Source of the DNA: the human T2T-CHM13v2.0 reference genome, Homo sapiens
Reading direction: 5' to 3' (one strand)
DNA length: 64,000 nt
NCBI RefSeq assembly: GCF_009914755.1
Contig: NC_060927.1
This document shows, in pieces, positions 42,813 through 55,602 of this stretch. A program made the position numbers and the translations under genes. Every line of letters starts with the position of its first letter. Position 1 is the stretch's first letter. Below the pieces are notes generated by a model, which was not told the DNA's origin, made no database searches, and was given only the letters and a program-made list of their open reading frames with translations.

Positions 42813-44327
42813 AAGTAATCTGCTCTAAGAGGCTTACATAATACAGTTTAAAGGCTTTTAAATACAATTTCTATGACATTTATACTTTCTTACAGATCCA
42901 GATATTTATGACCCTAATTGAGTCAGTAAATAAGTTGAATCTTTGCCTTGTGGGGTTTACTGTGAATCTGTGTATTTCACTTATAAGGGAGAAACTGCTG
43001 ATTTCTCAAATACATGATAGCTCAGTGTCAACTGAGCTAACAGAAATATTTTGTTAAAATTTTAAAAAATTATCTGCATTTTCTTACCTGGCTAAAACTA
43101 GTTTCACATTTTTCTTTTGGACATTAACTAATTCAGTGTTCAAATACATGGCAGCTCCTGAAAGAGCTGTGAAATTCCAATATTTATCCTTAGCCATAAT
43201 TCTCAAAGTGATTTATTAGCCTTTGCTTTTGCCTGGAATGTATTCAGTGTCTCATCGTGACAGCTTTTTGGTATCAAATGAGAACCTGGATTACTGGGCA
43301 AAAGGATATCCCTCTGCTGTGAAATCTTCCACCCCAGTTTTGCTTTTATTAACAACAGAGCAATACTGAGCTTTTTGTATAATCATCGATGGCTAGCAAT
43401 TTGTTTCAACGTTTCTAATACAGTGTCTTCACTGATAGAAGAGGGACAATGGCAAATAGGAGCAATATGTATAAATACTTATTAGGTTAATTTAGCAAGA
43501 AAGACACTGAAGTATGAAAATGAAAACAGGCAAAAGATCCTTTTAAAAAATTAATTCTCTCCATAGGGAAAACAGATTTAAATTGAAAGCGTTGGAACCA
43601 ATGTATGCAAAATACTTCAACAAGAACTATATAAATACCAACTGTATACATAACACTTATATGTTCCTTCCTTTTTCTCCTTTTCTTTCCTAGAAATATA
43701 AATGCTTAAAAATGTGCTAACTCTGCAGGGCTTCCTTGGAAATGATGCCAGTTAAGACACACTGGTAGGAGAAAAAGGGTTAGAACTAGAGTGGTGGTTC
43801 CCCCCAGGAAATCCATTTTTCAGCTTATAGTGTCACTTCAAGGGCAGGTTAATGAGATTGCAGCTTGCAGAATATCCAGAAACTTATCATTTGCCATTTC
43901 CAAATAAGATGGCAATTATCAAGCAGCTTTATCTTGTAACATCAACAGCATTTAGGTCCATCTCTAAACACTAGCATTCTAAATTGATCTATACATACAG
44001 TGAATAAAAAATTTCAGAAACTGATTCTATTAGCCTGCTGTGTGTTTAGCAGCATGTAACACCTGATTAGTAAAATCATACAAACAGTTTTGTTGCATTC
44101 ACTGTAGATAAAATCATCAGGAAAATACCTTCTCTCAGGTTGCATATGCTATTCAATTCAACAAATATTTAAGACAATACCATGTGAAATCATGTGAACT
44201 GGGCAGTTCGAGTGCTACAAATAGAAATAGCTAAGACCCTGCAAGCTATGGCCCCAGATTTAAGAGAATCGATTAAATGGCTTTTAGTGAGAGAAAAATT
44301 GTCTTACATGCAAAATAAGAAAATTGA

Positions 44328-44597
44328 TGCCAGACACGGTGGCTTACACCTGTAATCTCAGCACTTTGGGAGGCTGAGGTGGGTGGATCACCTGAGGTCA
44401 GTTCAAGACCAGCCTGGCCATCATGACGAAACTCTGTCTCTACTAAAAATACAAAAATTAGCTGGGCATGGTGGCACACACCTGTAGTCCAGCTACTCCA
44501 GAGGCTGAGGCAGGAGAATCACTTGAACCTAGGAGGCAGAGATTGCAGTGAGCCGAGGGCATGCACTTCAGCCTGGGCTACAGAGGGAGATTCCATC
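44328..44597 (+). mobile_element. AluS with degenerate tail
   Basis: Dimer; TSD-like AAGAAAATTGA. Confidence 0.9.
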
Positions 44598-44629
44598 CCC
44601 CTCCCCTGACTCAGAGAAAAGAAAATTGA

Positions 44630-45026
44630 AATAATTTGAATGTTAGTACCCTCCAAATTTTACGTTGAAATGTAATCCCCACTGTTGGAGGTGGGGTCTG
44701 GTGGGAGGTGTTTGGGTCATAAAGGCAGATAACTTATGAATGGCTTGGTGCCCTCCCCATAGTAATGAGTTACTGTGAGAGCTGGTTGTTCAAAAGAGAA
44801 TGGCACCTCCTCCCCTCTCTCTTGCTCCCTTTCTCGCCATGAGATGCCTGCTCTCCCTTCACCTTTTGCCATGATTGGAAGCTTCCTGGGGCCCTCACCC
44901 AGAGCAGATGCCAGTACTATTCTTCCTGTACAGCCTGCAGAACCATGAGCCAAAATAAACCCATTTTCTTTATAAATTACCCAGCTTCAGGTATTCCTTT
45001 ATAGCAACACAAAACAGACTAACACA
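44630..45026 (+). mobile_element. MSTB-like MaLR solo LTR
   Basis: GTTGAAATGTAATCCCC...GTACAGCCTGCAGAACCATGAGCCAAAATAAACC...AACAGACTAACACA. Confidence 0.85.
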
Positions 45027-45761
45027 AAATCATGTCTTTGCTATTTCTTCACTATTTTATGAAACCCTCCCCTTAGCTCTCAGATGATATGTTGTCTAAC
45101 TCCACAAAATACCCAGTGATTGTATTGTCTAAAGCCTTCCATTGCAGAGCTATATCCAAGGCCAACATCACCAAGCTCCAAAGCATCTTCTGTCCCACAC
45201 TGCTCCTCCTTGCATAGCTGACCAGAGTCACAATCACTAGAAAAAGAACCAGCTACTTTATCCCTCCTTGTAGAATACTTCGGTCAAATCTATCTAAACA
45301 TGCTTAGCTGTTATACAGAGTAGTTTCCACTGGGCCTTGTAAGAGCAGTGTTGACTGTTTTAGTCCAGGGGTTAATAGCAACATTCTTGCTTAGTCCTTG
45401 AGGTAGTGGTTTCGGATAAGCAGGTAGTAGGCTGAGGAAATCTCAGAATGAAGTCCCGTTATCTTTTGAAATCTCTTAGTCAGAGTGATGTCAGCAAGAT
45501 GGCAGAATAAAAGATTAGCATCACTCTCCCCATAAAAATTTACCTAGAAATTTCAAAGACGACAATATTACCCTGAGTACACCAGAACTCAGGAGAGAAG
45601 TGGAGGACCCCTTGGGCCCACAGAATCGAAAGATGTTGTGACTGGTAAGAGAAACGGTCATTTCAGACTGTCACTCTCTTCCCCAGCCAACATAACACCA
45701 TTCGCAGAGAATTTTTCTAGGCCCACAAGTGCTGAGGTGAACGGACAGAACCAAGAAGCTG

Positions 45762-45890
45762 GATGGTGCTAAGTCATTCGTGAGAAACCGCCTCCATGAT
45801 CCAATCACCTCCCACCAGGTCCTACCTGCAACATTAGAGATTACAATTCAACATTAATTTTGGGAGGGGACACAGATTCAAAACGTATCA
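45762..45890 (-). mobile_element. MST LTR fragment inside the L1
   Basis: CCATGATCCAATCACCTCCCACCAGG...GGGGACACAGATTCAAAACGTATCA. Confidence 0.8.
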
Positions 45891-47279
45891 GACCAATAAC
45901 AAGTAACGTGATTGAAACAGCACTGAAAAGTCTTCCATCAAAGAAAAGCCCAGACACTGACAGCTTCAGTGTTAAATTCCACCAAACACTTAAAAAATAA
46001 CTAATACCAATTCTACTCAAAATATTCCAAAAACCGAAGAGAGGGATTACTTCCAAATTTATTCTACGAGGCAAGCATTATCCTGATACCAAGACCAGAC
46101 AAAGACACACAAAAAGAGAAAACTACAAGCCAATATCCCTGACAAAAACAGATGCAAGAATTCTCAACAAAATACTGGCAAACTGAATTCAACAGCAAAT
46201 TAAAAAGATCTTCACCATGATCAAATGGGATTCATCCCAGGGATGCAAGGATGGTTCAACATACATATATCAATAAATATGATACATCACATTAACAGAA
46301 GCAAGAACAAAAAACATATGATCATTTCAGTAGATGCTGAAGCATTCAATATATTTAATATCCCTTTATGATAAAAACCCTTAACCAACTGGTAGAGAAG
46401 GAACAGAGCTCAAAATATAAAGGCCAGATATGTCGAACGCACAGCTAATATTGTGCTGAATGAGAAAAAATTGAAAGGCTTTCCTCTAAGAGCTGGAACA
46501 AGACAAGGATGCCCGCTTTTACCACTTTGAGTCAACCTAATATTAAAAGTCCTAGTCAGAGCAATCACATAAGAGAAAGGAAGGGCACCCATATTGGAAA
46601 GGAAGAAAAACTATTTTTGTTTGCAGATGCCATGATCTTATACTTAGAAAATGCTACAAACTCTGAAAGAGTTAGAATTGATCAATTCAGTAAAGTTTCA
46701 GAATACAAAATCAATATATAAAAATCAGTAGCATTTCTATACACTGACAGTGAACGGTCTGAAAAAAATCAATAAAGCAATTCCATTTACAATAGCTCCA
46801 AAAAATATAAAACATTTAAGAGTAATTTTAACTAAAGGAGTGAAGGCTCTCTACAATAAAAATGATAAAACTCCAAAGAAATTGAAGAGGACACAAAAAA
46901 TGGAAAATATCCCATGCTCATGGACTGGAAGACTTACCATTGTTAAAATGTCCATACTACCAAAGCAATCTACAGATTGATAAAATCCTTATCAAAATAC
47001 CAATAACATTCTTTGCAGAAATAGAAAAAAAAATTCTAAAATATATGTGAAACCACAAAAGACCCAGAATACCCAAGGCAATTCTGAGCTAAAAGAACAA
47101 AGCTGGAGGAATCACACTATCTAACTTCGAAATATACTACAAAGCTATAGTATATTAGCATGATACTGGCATAAAAACAGATACATAGACTAATGGAACA
47201 GAATATAGAACCTTGAAATAAACCCACACATTTATAGCCATATCATTTTTGACAAAGGCACCAAGAACATACAGTGGGG

Positions 47280-47351
47280 AAAGGACAGTCTTGTCAATAA
47301 ATGGCGCTGGCAAAAAAGGACAGTCTTGTCAATAAATGGCGCTGGCAAAAA
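47280..47351. repeat. Perfect 35-bp tandem duplication
   Basis: AAAGGACAGTCTTGTCAATAAATGGCGCTGGCAAA x2. Confidence 0.95.
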
Positions 47352-49448
47352 GGGATATTCATATGCAGAGGAATGAAACTAAACTGCCATCTTTCACCAC
47401 ACAAAAAAAATAAACTCAAAATGAATTAAAGACTTAAATGTAAGACCTGAATCTATAACACTTCTAAAATAAAACTGGGGAAATTCTTCAGGACATTGAT
47501 TTGGGCAAAGGTTTTTTGGCTAAGACCTCAAAAGCACAGACAACCAAAGCAAAAATAGACAAATAGGATAACATCAAGTTAAAAGGTTCTGCATAACAAG
47601 GAAAATCAACAGAGTGAACAGACAACCTATGAAATGAGAGAAAATAGTTGTAAGCTATCCATTTGACAAGGGATTAATAGCCAGAATATATAAGGAATTC
47701 AAACATAAATAGCAAAACAATTTGATTAAAAATGGGCAAAAGATCTGAATAGATATTTCTCAAAAGAAGACTTACAAATGGCCAACAGGTATATTAAAAA
47801 ATGATCAGCATCAGTAATCACAAGGGAAATGCAAATCAAAATCACAATGAAATATCATCTCATTCCATTTAGAATGTCTATTCTCGAAAAGGCAAAAATA
47901 GAACACATTCTGGTGAGAATGTGGAGAAAGTGGAATGCCAGTATACCGTTGGGAATATAAGTTAATATAGCCACTATAGAAAACAGTATGGAAGATTCTC
48001 AAAACACTAAAAATTGAACTGCTCTATGATCCATCAATCTCACTACTGGGTATATATCCAAAAGAAAGGAAATTAGTATACTGAAGAGATATCTGCACTC
48101 ATATGTTTATTGCAGCACTATTCACAGTAGCCAAGATATGAAATCAACCTAAGTGTCTATCAGCAGATGAATGGATACAGAAAATGTAGTGTATGTACAC
48201 AATGGAATATTATTCAGCCGTAAAAAAGAATGAAGTCCTGTCACTTATAGCAACATGGATGGAATTGGAGGTCATTATGTTAAGTGAAATATACCAGGCA
48301 CAGTAAGATATATATTACATGTTCTAACTCATATGTGGGAGCTAAAAAAATTGATTTTATAGAGGTGGAGAGTAGAATGGCATTACCAGAGGCAGGGACA
48401 GGTAGGGAAAAGTGAGAGATGAAGAGAGGTTGGTTAATAGGTATAGAAATACAGTTGGAAGGAATAAATTTTAGTATTCAATAGCACAGTAGGATGATTA
48501 TAACAATAATTTATTGTGTATTCCAAAATAACTAGAAGATTTGAAATGTTAACAACACAAAGAAATAATAAATGTTTAAGGTGATGGATATCCCAATTAC
48601 CCTGATTCAATCATTACACATTGTATGCATGTATCAAAATATTACGTGTACTCCATAAACATGTACAGTTACTATGCATTAGTTAAAAATTGGAAAAAAG
48701 AAATCTCTTAGTCATATTAAGATGCTAGTCACACTTCTGACAAATGGATAGTTTTTGTAAATCTTGTCTTGCTCCATACTTTCCAGAGTCGGCAGTCAAG
48801 AAATATTTGTTGAATGAATAGATGCATGCATGAATGAATACAACTAGCAACTTGACTACCTCTAGGAGCTGCAATAATAGAGTCTTTGTTGTTACCCTCT
48901 CATGCATTCTAGGCTGATTTGAAGAAAGAGCATTATATTTCCTATGGAAGTTTATACTGGAGATGAAGCTAAATGATTGAATGCCATTCAGGAAAGTGGG
49001 TTACAATTGTTACTACATTAAATCAACAAATATTTGATGAGTACTTACTACGCACAGCCACTTTCCAGGTATTGGAGAAGGAATGCTGAAGAAGATAGAC
49101 AGGGGCCTGGCTTCCTGGAGCTTACATAGAGTCTTATGCAGGCAAAGTAGACAACAAACAAAAACTTAAGCAAGATATTTCTATTTTAATGTGTGCTATA
49201 CTGTCAAAAGTGGGATATGATGGAATGGCATGTACCTGGGGAAAAAAGTGCCCTACTTTACTTGAGTTCTAATGGGAAACCTTTCTGTATACTTGAGCTG
49301 AGTTTGAGCTGAGTCATTGAGGAAAAGATGAAAGAAGCTTCATAAAGAACAGAACCCTCGCCAAGCAGAGGCTTCGGCAAGTGCAAAGGCCATAGGTAAT
49401 AAAGAGTTTATCTTAAGGAGAGAAAAGGAGGCCAATGAGGCTCTAAAG

Positions 49449-49674
49449 GCGGGGTTGGCAAACTTGTTCTAAAGGCCTTGATGGTAATATTTTAGGCTTT
49501 GCAGACAATATGTTCTCTGTTGGAACTATTCAAGTCTGTTACTGTAGTATAATAACAGGCACAGATGATACATAAAGGAATGAATGTCGGTATGTTCCAA
49601 TAAAACTTCATCTGCAAAAACAAATGATAGGGTGGATTTGGCCCATGGGCTGTATGTAGTTTGCTAACATTTGC
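49449..49674 (+). mobile_element. MER58A hAT-Charlie MITE within L2 fragments (~49015-50420)
   Basis: GGGGTTGGCAAACT...TGTTCCAATAAAACTT...TAGTTTGCT; 8-bp TSD-like CTCTA(A/G)AG. Confidence 0.8.
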
Positions 49675-49989
49675 TCTAGAGTAGAGAGCAGAAGAGAAAG
49701 TGTTAAATATTGAAATTGGAAAACAGGGCAGGGTCCAGACTCTGCAGGGTCTTAGGGGATGGGAAGGAGTTGAAATTTTAATCTCAGTGCAATGTAAAGC
49801 CATTGAAAACTCCCATTAATTAAGGGAGTGGCTTGATCTAAAATAGTTTTAAAAATATTATTCTGGAGGCTATGTGGGGAAGGGGTCATAAAACCCGTAA
49901 GTGTAGAAAGAGGTAGGGAGGCTAGGGATGATAATGCTTGGCCTGGAGGAGGCAGTAGAGGAATGGTGTGAATGAATTACCAGGTCTTC

Positions 49990-50272
49990 TGGCCAGGCAT
50001 GTTGGCTCACGCCTGTAATCCTAGCACTTTGGGAGGCCAAGGCGGGCGGATCACTTGAGGTCAGGAGTTCAAGACCAGCCTGGACAACAGGGTAAAAACC
50101 TCACCTCTACTAAAAGTACACAAATTAACAGGACTTGGTGTTGGGCACCTGTCCAACACCAATTCCAGCTACTGGGGAGGCTAAGGCACGAGAATCATTT
50201 GAACCCAGGAGGCAGAGGTTGCAGTGAGCCAAGATTACACCATTGCACTCCAGCCTGGGCAACAGAGAGAGT
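49990..50272 (+). mobile_element. AluS lacking its A tail
   Basis: Dimer ends at GGCAACAGAGAGAG with no tail. Confidence 0.9.
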
Positions 50273-51721
50273 ATGCCAAGGTAGCAAGAATGAGTTCCAG
50301 ATTTCTGGCTGGAACTAGATTTCTGGGTGATGATAGTGCTATTATCAAGATGTGGAAGATGGAGGAAGAAAAAAAGTTAGGTTTCAGCGAGTTTTAATTT
50401 CTTAATTAAATTAAGATCTACAAGACATCCTGTGTCACTCTTCAGAATGCCTGAATCACTACAAATAAAAATAAAGCATTTTTAAAGAAGCAGGTGAAAG
50501 AGCAAAGCAAGCCTCATATCCAGTCATTCACACAAGAATGGCTGGGAGGGAGTGTACTTAAGCCCCTCTCAGCAGATCACGATATAATATATAGAGATAC
50601 CAGGCCGTGAAGCTACACAATCAAATGCAACTCAGGACTTTTGTTAAGGTGGCCACAACTATCACTTCCTTTGTCAAAATAGAAGAACTCCTTCCGCATA
50701 GGAAGCTGCATACTCTACCTCTTATCTCTGTTTCTGCACTGTCAGTAAGCAAAATGGTAGAGCAGTGAAAGGGGACTGATTGCAGGCAGATAAAAATAAC
50801 TGGTGTAGAAAGACACAGGATGTTAGTTGTGACCAGCAAATGATGCTGCAAATGTGCTGCTACACATATTTCTCTGTTGGGCTTTGACCACATCCTAAAA
50901 CACAACTCAACATGTCAATACGTCAGAGCTAGTTTGCTTGGTGGAGTAATCTAATCATAGGCATAAGAAAAAAAGTAACTATATTTTACTGTTTTGACTT
51001 AATTCAACTTAAACCGGATACTCCTAGGAACACTACTTCAGAAAGCAATCACAGAAATAGGGAATAAGTTAGTGGACTGTGAGTTAGAACACAAGCGAAA
51101 TAATGTTTCCCAATCTATTCTGTATTAGTAGGTAAAGTTTTAACAGGTGATTTTTGGTCAAATATATTTAAGATAAAATTTAAGAAGCATATTTTTCTGA
51201 AGCATAAACTTGAAATAGTCATGTTTATGACAGAACATCTAAATGCTAATCTTTAACACCATTAAGGCTAATGTGCAACATGAAACCCCAGAAGGAGGGT
51301 ATAGTATTTGATGTTTTCAAATTTATTAAAAATACACCACAATTTGGTAAACACATGCACCCATCATACATATCAACTATATATTTTAACAAAATCCTCA
51401 ATAGAGTTACCATCCCATTTTATAATTCTAGGATCTGTTTGGATTATGCTTTGCTGCAAGTAACAGAATAATCCATTTTAGCTACTTAAACAATTATGGA
51501 TTATTTTTCTTTAAAAAGCAAGAAACCCAGAGATAGATTTATGGCTTTTCAGCAGCTCAGCAACGTCAGAACACACTCAGAAGTTTTCCTGACCTCCTCC
51601 TCTTGGTTATAAGAAGGCTGCTGCAGCTAAAAGCACTGTAGCTGTGTTCAAGAAAGAGGAAGGTGTATTAGGAGAGGTCAGGGGATGTCAGCTTTATCTG
51701 TACCTTTTAACAATAAAACAA

Positions 51722-52020
<299 letters not shown>

Positions 52021-52174
52021 TTTTAAACAATGAATAAAACAAAATATTTTTCATAATCCCTATAGCAAACACTTCCTTGGGTCTTATTATCTGGAATCAG
52101 GCTACATGATCTACTACATCTAACAACTGTGAAGGATGGGAGGGCAGCGGGAGGCTTCAGAAAATCAGTGAATA

Positions 52175-52480
52175 GGCAGAGCGTGGTGGCTCATGCCTGT
52201 AATCCCAGCACTTTGGGAGGCCGAGGCGGGCGGATCATGAGGTCAGGAGAATGAGACCATCCTGGCCAACGTGTTGAAACCCCATCTCTACTAAAAATAC
52301 AAAAATTAGCTGGTCGTGGTGGCACGCACCTGTAATCCCAGCTACTTGGGAGGCTGAGGCAGGAGAATCGCTTGAACCAGGGAGTCAGAGGTTCCAGTGA
52401 GCCAAGATCGCGCCACTGCACTCCAGACTGGCAACAGAGTAAGACTCCATCTCAAAAAAAATAAAAAGAAAGAAAAGAAA
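52175..52480 (+). mobile_element. AluSc-like
   Basis: TSD AGAAAATCAGTGA. Confidence 0.92.
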
Positions 52481-52680
52481 ATCAGTGACTAGGTTTCTCA
52501 TAATTGGTTTAGGTGCCTATGTTCCCCTATGTGGGTTGGGCACATTCATTGTTTCAAACAAATGAGACCACAGGGAGAAGTTGAATTTTGACTAGGCAAC
52601 TAATAGCATCTGCTATACAGGCTCTGTTGTAAGACAAATTTAGTGTACCTCATTCGTTATTTTCAAATTGTAATGAACAC

Positions 52681-52890
52681 TGTAATGTACCACCCAGATC
52701 CCCCTTCAGGAATAAAGTGCTGATTACCCAGCTGCTGGGAGGGTTTCTTGAAGACTAGCCTCAAGCTATCAGCTCCCTTCAGGTATTGCCTCAACTGAAG
52801 AGAATCACCTTACCAAGGACATACCCTCATCACTGGGCCACTTGCATCATCATGGGCCTACAGGAACCTGACCCCTCCCCTCCCTGAATC
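52681..52890 (+). mobile_element. ERVL LTR fragment (LTR16-like)
   Basis: TGTAATGTACCACCCAGATCCCCCTTCAGG...CCCAGCTGCTGGGA. Confidence 0.55.
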
Positions 52891-53747
52891 TGAATCTCTA
52901 ATAACTATAGATAGCAGAGATAGGCATTTTTGTTACCACATAAATCATTCAGGACTACATACCGATTGTATTCAATAAAAGATTCAAATAACATAGAATT
53001 TTACAAAGTAAAATCTTTTTCACAGAAACCTTTCTTCTCTTGTTTTTAATTACGAATTAAATTACTTATTTTGATAGATCTATTCCATTTTTCTATTACT
53101 TCTGAATCATTTTTGTAATTTGTGTTTTTCTAGGAATTTATCTATTTCATCTAAGTGTTAAGTTTGTAGGAAGAAAGTTGTTCATAATATTTCCTTATAA
53201 TTCTTTTAATTCTTATTTGGTTTGTACTTAATGTTTATTAATGTTGTGGATCTTTACAAAAAAACAGCTTTGGGTTCCATCCATTTTTTTCTGTTGTGTT
53301 TCTGTTCCTATTTCATTGTTTTTTGCTTTGATCTTTATTGAATTTTCTTCTGTCTACTTTGTGTTTTACTTTTTCCTTCTTGCTTCTCAAGGTGAAAGAT
53401 ATGATGGAGACTTTTCTTCCTTTATTATAGAAGCATTTCATGCGATGAATTTACCTCTAAACATTGCTTAGCTGCATACCATAAATTTTGATATGTTGTA
53501 TTTTTATTTTCTTTTGAAGTGTTTTACAAGTTCTCTTTTGATTTCTTCCTTGACTAATCTGTTATTTAGACGTCTGTCATTTAATTGCAAAATATTTGGA
53601 GATTTTCCAATTATCTTTCTATTGTGGATTTCTAATTTAATTCTATTATTATAAAAAGGACTTATTTCAATGCTTTTTATTTTTTGAGACTTGCTTTATG
53701 GATTTTCATACAGTCTATGCTGAAGATTCATGTGTGCTTGAAAATAA

Positions 53748-54083
<336 letters not shown>

Positions 54084-54600
54084 GAGAGAATACTCTTTAA
54101 ATGTCAATTAGGTCTTATAAGTTAGTAGTGCTGTTCAAGTCTTCTATATCCTTACTGGTTTTCACTCTAGTTTTATCATCAGTTAATGTGAAAGGAATGG
54201 CTAAATCTCCAACTATAGTTTCTATTTCTTTTTAAATTCTGTCACATTTTACTTTATTTGTTTTGGGGGCTCTGTTGTTATGAGCCTATATATTTATAAT
54301 TGTTATATATTTCTGATGTATTGACCGTTTTATCATTAGAAAATGTTATTAACAAGATAATGTCTAGTAAAATTCTTCATCTTCAAGTCGATTTTATCTC
54401 ATATTAATATAACCATTTCAACTCTGTTATTGTTATGGTATGCATGCATCTCTTTCTTCATTTTTTACCCTTCCCTATTCATTCCTTTGAATTTAAAGTG
54501 CATCTTTTACAGACAAATAGGAAGATCTTGGTTTTTAATCCATTCTACCTACGCCTTTTGATTGGGTGTCCAGTCTATTCACATTTAATGTGTCATTAAT

Positions 54601-54963
54601 TGTATCAGTCCATTATCACACTGCTATAAAGATACGACATGAGACAGAGTAATTTGTAAACAAAAGAGGTTTAATTGATTCACAGTTTGGCATGGCTGGA
54701 GAGGGCTCAGGAAACTTAACAATCATAGTGGAAGGCAAAGGAGAAGCAGGTACCTTCTTCACAAGGCAGCAGGAGAGCAAGTGAAGAGGAAGTGTACACT
54801 TTTAAATCATTAGATCTCATGAGAATTCCCTCACCATCATGAGAATAGAATAGGGGAAACCCCCTCCATAATCCAATCATCTCCCACCAGGTCCTTCCCT
54901 CCACATGTGGGGATTACAATCTGAGATGAGATTTAGGTAGGGACACAGAGCCAAACTATATCA
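54601..54963 (-). mobile_element. MSTA/THE1-type MaLR solo LTR
   Basis: TGTATCAGTCCATT...GGGACACAGAGCCAAACTATATCA. Confidence 0.85.
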
Positions 54964-54971
54964 TTAAAATA

Positions 54972-55312
54972 TAGTCATTTTCCATATAATGACATTCTGG
55001 TCAAGGACGGACTGCATATATGACAGTAGTCCTATAAGATAATAATACCATGTTTTTAATGTAACTCTACCGTGTTTAGATATGTTTAGATACACAAAAT
55101 ACCATTGTGTTACATTTGCCTACAGTATTCAGTACAGTGACATGCTATATAGGTTTGTAGCCTAGGAGCAATAGGCTATATACAACATAGCCTAGGTGTG
55201 TAGTAGGCTGTATCATTGAGGTTTGTGTAAGTACACTATGATATTTGCACAACAAAATCGCCTAATGACATATTTCTCAGATGTATCCCTGTCGTTAAGT
55301 GACATATGACTG
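54972..55312 (+). mobile_element. Tigger3a (MER7A-like) MITE
   Basis: AGTCAT...GGACTGCATATATGAC...GTCGTTAAGTGACATATGACTG-TA. Confidence 0.85.
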
Positions 55313-55448
55313 TAGTTAAAATTATCTGCCCTTTTGCTATTTGTTTTCTATACATCTAATGTCTTTTTTGTTCCTCTATTCTTTCATTACTGTCTTCTTT
55401 GGTATTTTTGAATATCATTTTTAACTCCTCTCTTGATATTTTGGCTGT

Positions 55449-55602
55449 ATTTTTTTGAGACAGGATCTCTTTCTGTCACCCAGCCTTGAGTGCAGTGGTG
55501 TGTTCCCAGCTCGCTGTACCCTTGAACTCCTGGATTCAAGGGATCCTCCCCGCTCAGCCTCTGGAGTAGCTGGGGCTGCAGTTGTGTGCCACCATGCCTG
55601 AC
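55449..55602 (-). mobile_element. Alu monomer (FRAM or AluJ right arm)
   Basis: Single right-arm monomer. Confidence 0.8.

Larger units (their letters stand above)
45483..48699 (+). mobile_element. L1MA-type element with 5' UTR, large internal deletion, ORF2 and 3' UTR; 15-bp TSD
   Basis: 5' start GTGATGTCAGCAAGATGGCAGAATA; RT remnants from ~45890; TSD GAAATCTCTTAGTCA at 45468-45482 and 48700-48714. Confidence 0.88.

Noticed and set aside
42830-44090. Repeat-poor stretch, also 50420-51430 and 63000-63970, considered as hidden exons or enhancers
   Set aside because: No convincing ORF, splice pair or motif cluster by eye (only isolated motifs such as TTCCTTGGAA at 43732); conservation data would be needed.
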